Assembly: GCF_964355755.1 (NCBI RefSeq)
Contig: NC_092671.1
Location: forward strand, 36,218,304-36,282,303
Direction: 5' to 3'
DNA length: 64,000 nucleotides
DNA from: Antedon mediterranea
Lineage: Eukaryota > Animalia > Echinodermata
The translations under genes were made by a program, and so were the position numbers. The notes below the pieces were generated by a model that worked only from the letters and a program-made list of their open reading frames with translations, ran no database searches and was not told the origin of the DNA. Of the stretch, positions 63,082-64,000 are shown piece by piece. The first letter of the stretch is position 1; each line of letters begins with the position of its first letter.

Positions 63082-63760
63082 GCAAATTCAGTAACTACAT
63101 AATATAAATCATATCTGCTGCAGTAATGAAATTGCTGCAGCAGATGAAGCAGATATTACAGGGCTAATAGGGCTAAATATACCCCAGTGCTAGGTGTCCA
63201 ACAAGCCAAGACAATATTTAGTACTGAAGCTTAGATTTTATCGAGTTATTATATGAAGAATCATGGAAACACTCATAAAACAAACCATTACTTTGTATAA
63301 AATCTAGTATTTAATATTCTCGAAAAAAATGATTGATCATTGCTTTATTTCCATTTCAAATTTAGTAAGTTTCATTTGAATCTAAACAAGCATTTAGACG
63401 ATCTGTAGTTGCTATACTTTCTGTATAACAATCATAGCGCACGAAAGACAGCAGCCTGACGAAAGCGTTTATATATATCTTTTGAAAACTGCATTAATAC
63501 ACTGTATGAATACTAAAGTGGAATAGTATTAAACAAACTACAATTAATAGTGTTAGTTATTGTTCTATCCAGTAATTTTTATTTTGTCTGAAATTAATAT
63601 ATAAAAAACTACTAGGAGCGTTACCTGCACTGGTATCACAGCTCCTATTGTGGTTGTGCATAGCATATAGCCTTGTGGTCCAAGTAAAACATTTTACAGT
63701 TTTTGGTGTATGAGAAATGCTGCAGGCCGTTTGTAATTATTATCCTCAATGTTGTAGTAA

Positions 63761-63917
63761 TCACATGAGATGTTCAAGAAGTGTGTCACGCTCACAAACT
63801 AGGAACTGCTTCAAGAGAAACTCAACATTCTCTTCACATCGTTTTACTTGATTTTCCAATGCAATTCGAAAGTCCTCTTTGCCACCTTTCACAACACCTC
63901 TTGTAACTACTTTTTGC
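63761..63917 (-). CDS. Terminal coding exon of an unidentified gene continuing beyond the window
   Basis: Acceptor ttatcatttag|G, then open frame QKVVTRGVVKGGKEDFRIALENQVKRCEENVEFLLKQFLVCERDTLLEHLM*, with coding-like composition. Confidence 0.55.
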
Positions 63918-64000
63918 CTAAATGATAATGTAAAGGAATAACCTTACTTCAGGATTCGCTTCATAGATTAACTTTCATGACTATAACCAAATGCATTATA

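Noticed and set aside
63945-64000. Apparent donor (GAA|gtaagg) upstream of the terminal minus-strand exon
   Set aside because: The implied intron would be under 30 nt and the required frame has a stop.

Overview
AT-rich animal genomic DNA with GT-AG introns and many MITEs, SINEs and LINE relics. It is most likely an echinoderm, judged from the spicule-matrix-like lectins and Deu/Nin-type SINEs; the class cannot be fixed from sequence. Genes reconstructed by hand: (1) a 16-exon RBM28/Nop4 orthologue on the minus strand (6322-29218); (2) a tandem cluster of four secreted C-type lectin-domain genes on the minus strand (33.6-52.4 kb), resembling the SM50/SM30-type spicule-matrix family and grading from an intact QPD/WND lectin to Pro/Gly/Gln-loop forms; (3) a two-exon orphan gene with six 25-aa repeats carrying RRNS(L), LxIP and SPR motifs (55975-58145); (4) an LRR plus death-domain gene resembling LRRD1 (60084-63081); (5) the last exon of an unidentified convergent gene (63761-63917). 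Non-coding highlights: a Penelope relic with a minimal hammerhead ribozyme, an intronic 5S-rRNA-like element with a compensated terminal helix, MITE-derived tandem arrays, an Academ-like element, two degenerate tRNA-Val copies, and TAGGCCTA-dense tracts just inside two gene 5' ends. There is no CRISPR array or prokaryotic system. All family assignments come from remembered motifs, not database searches.
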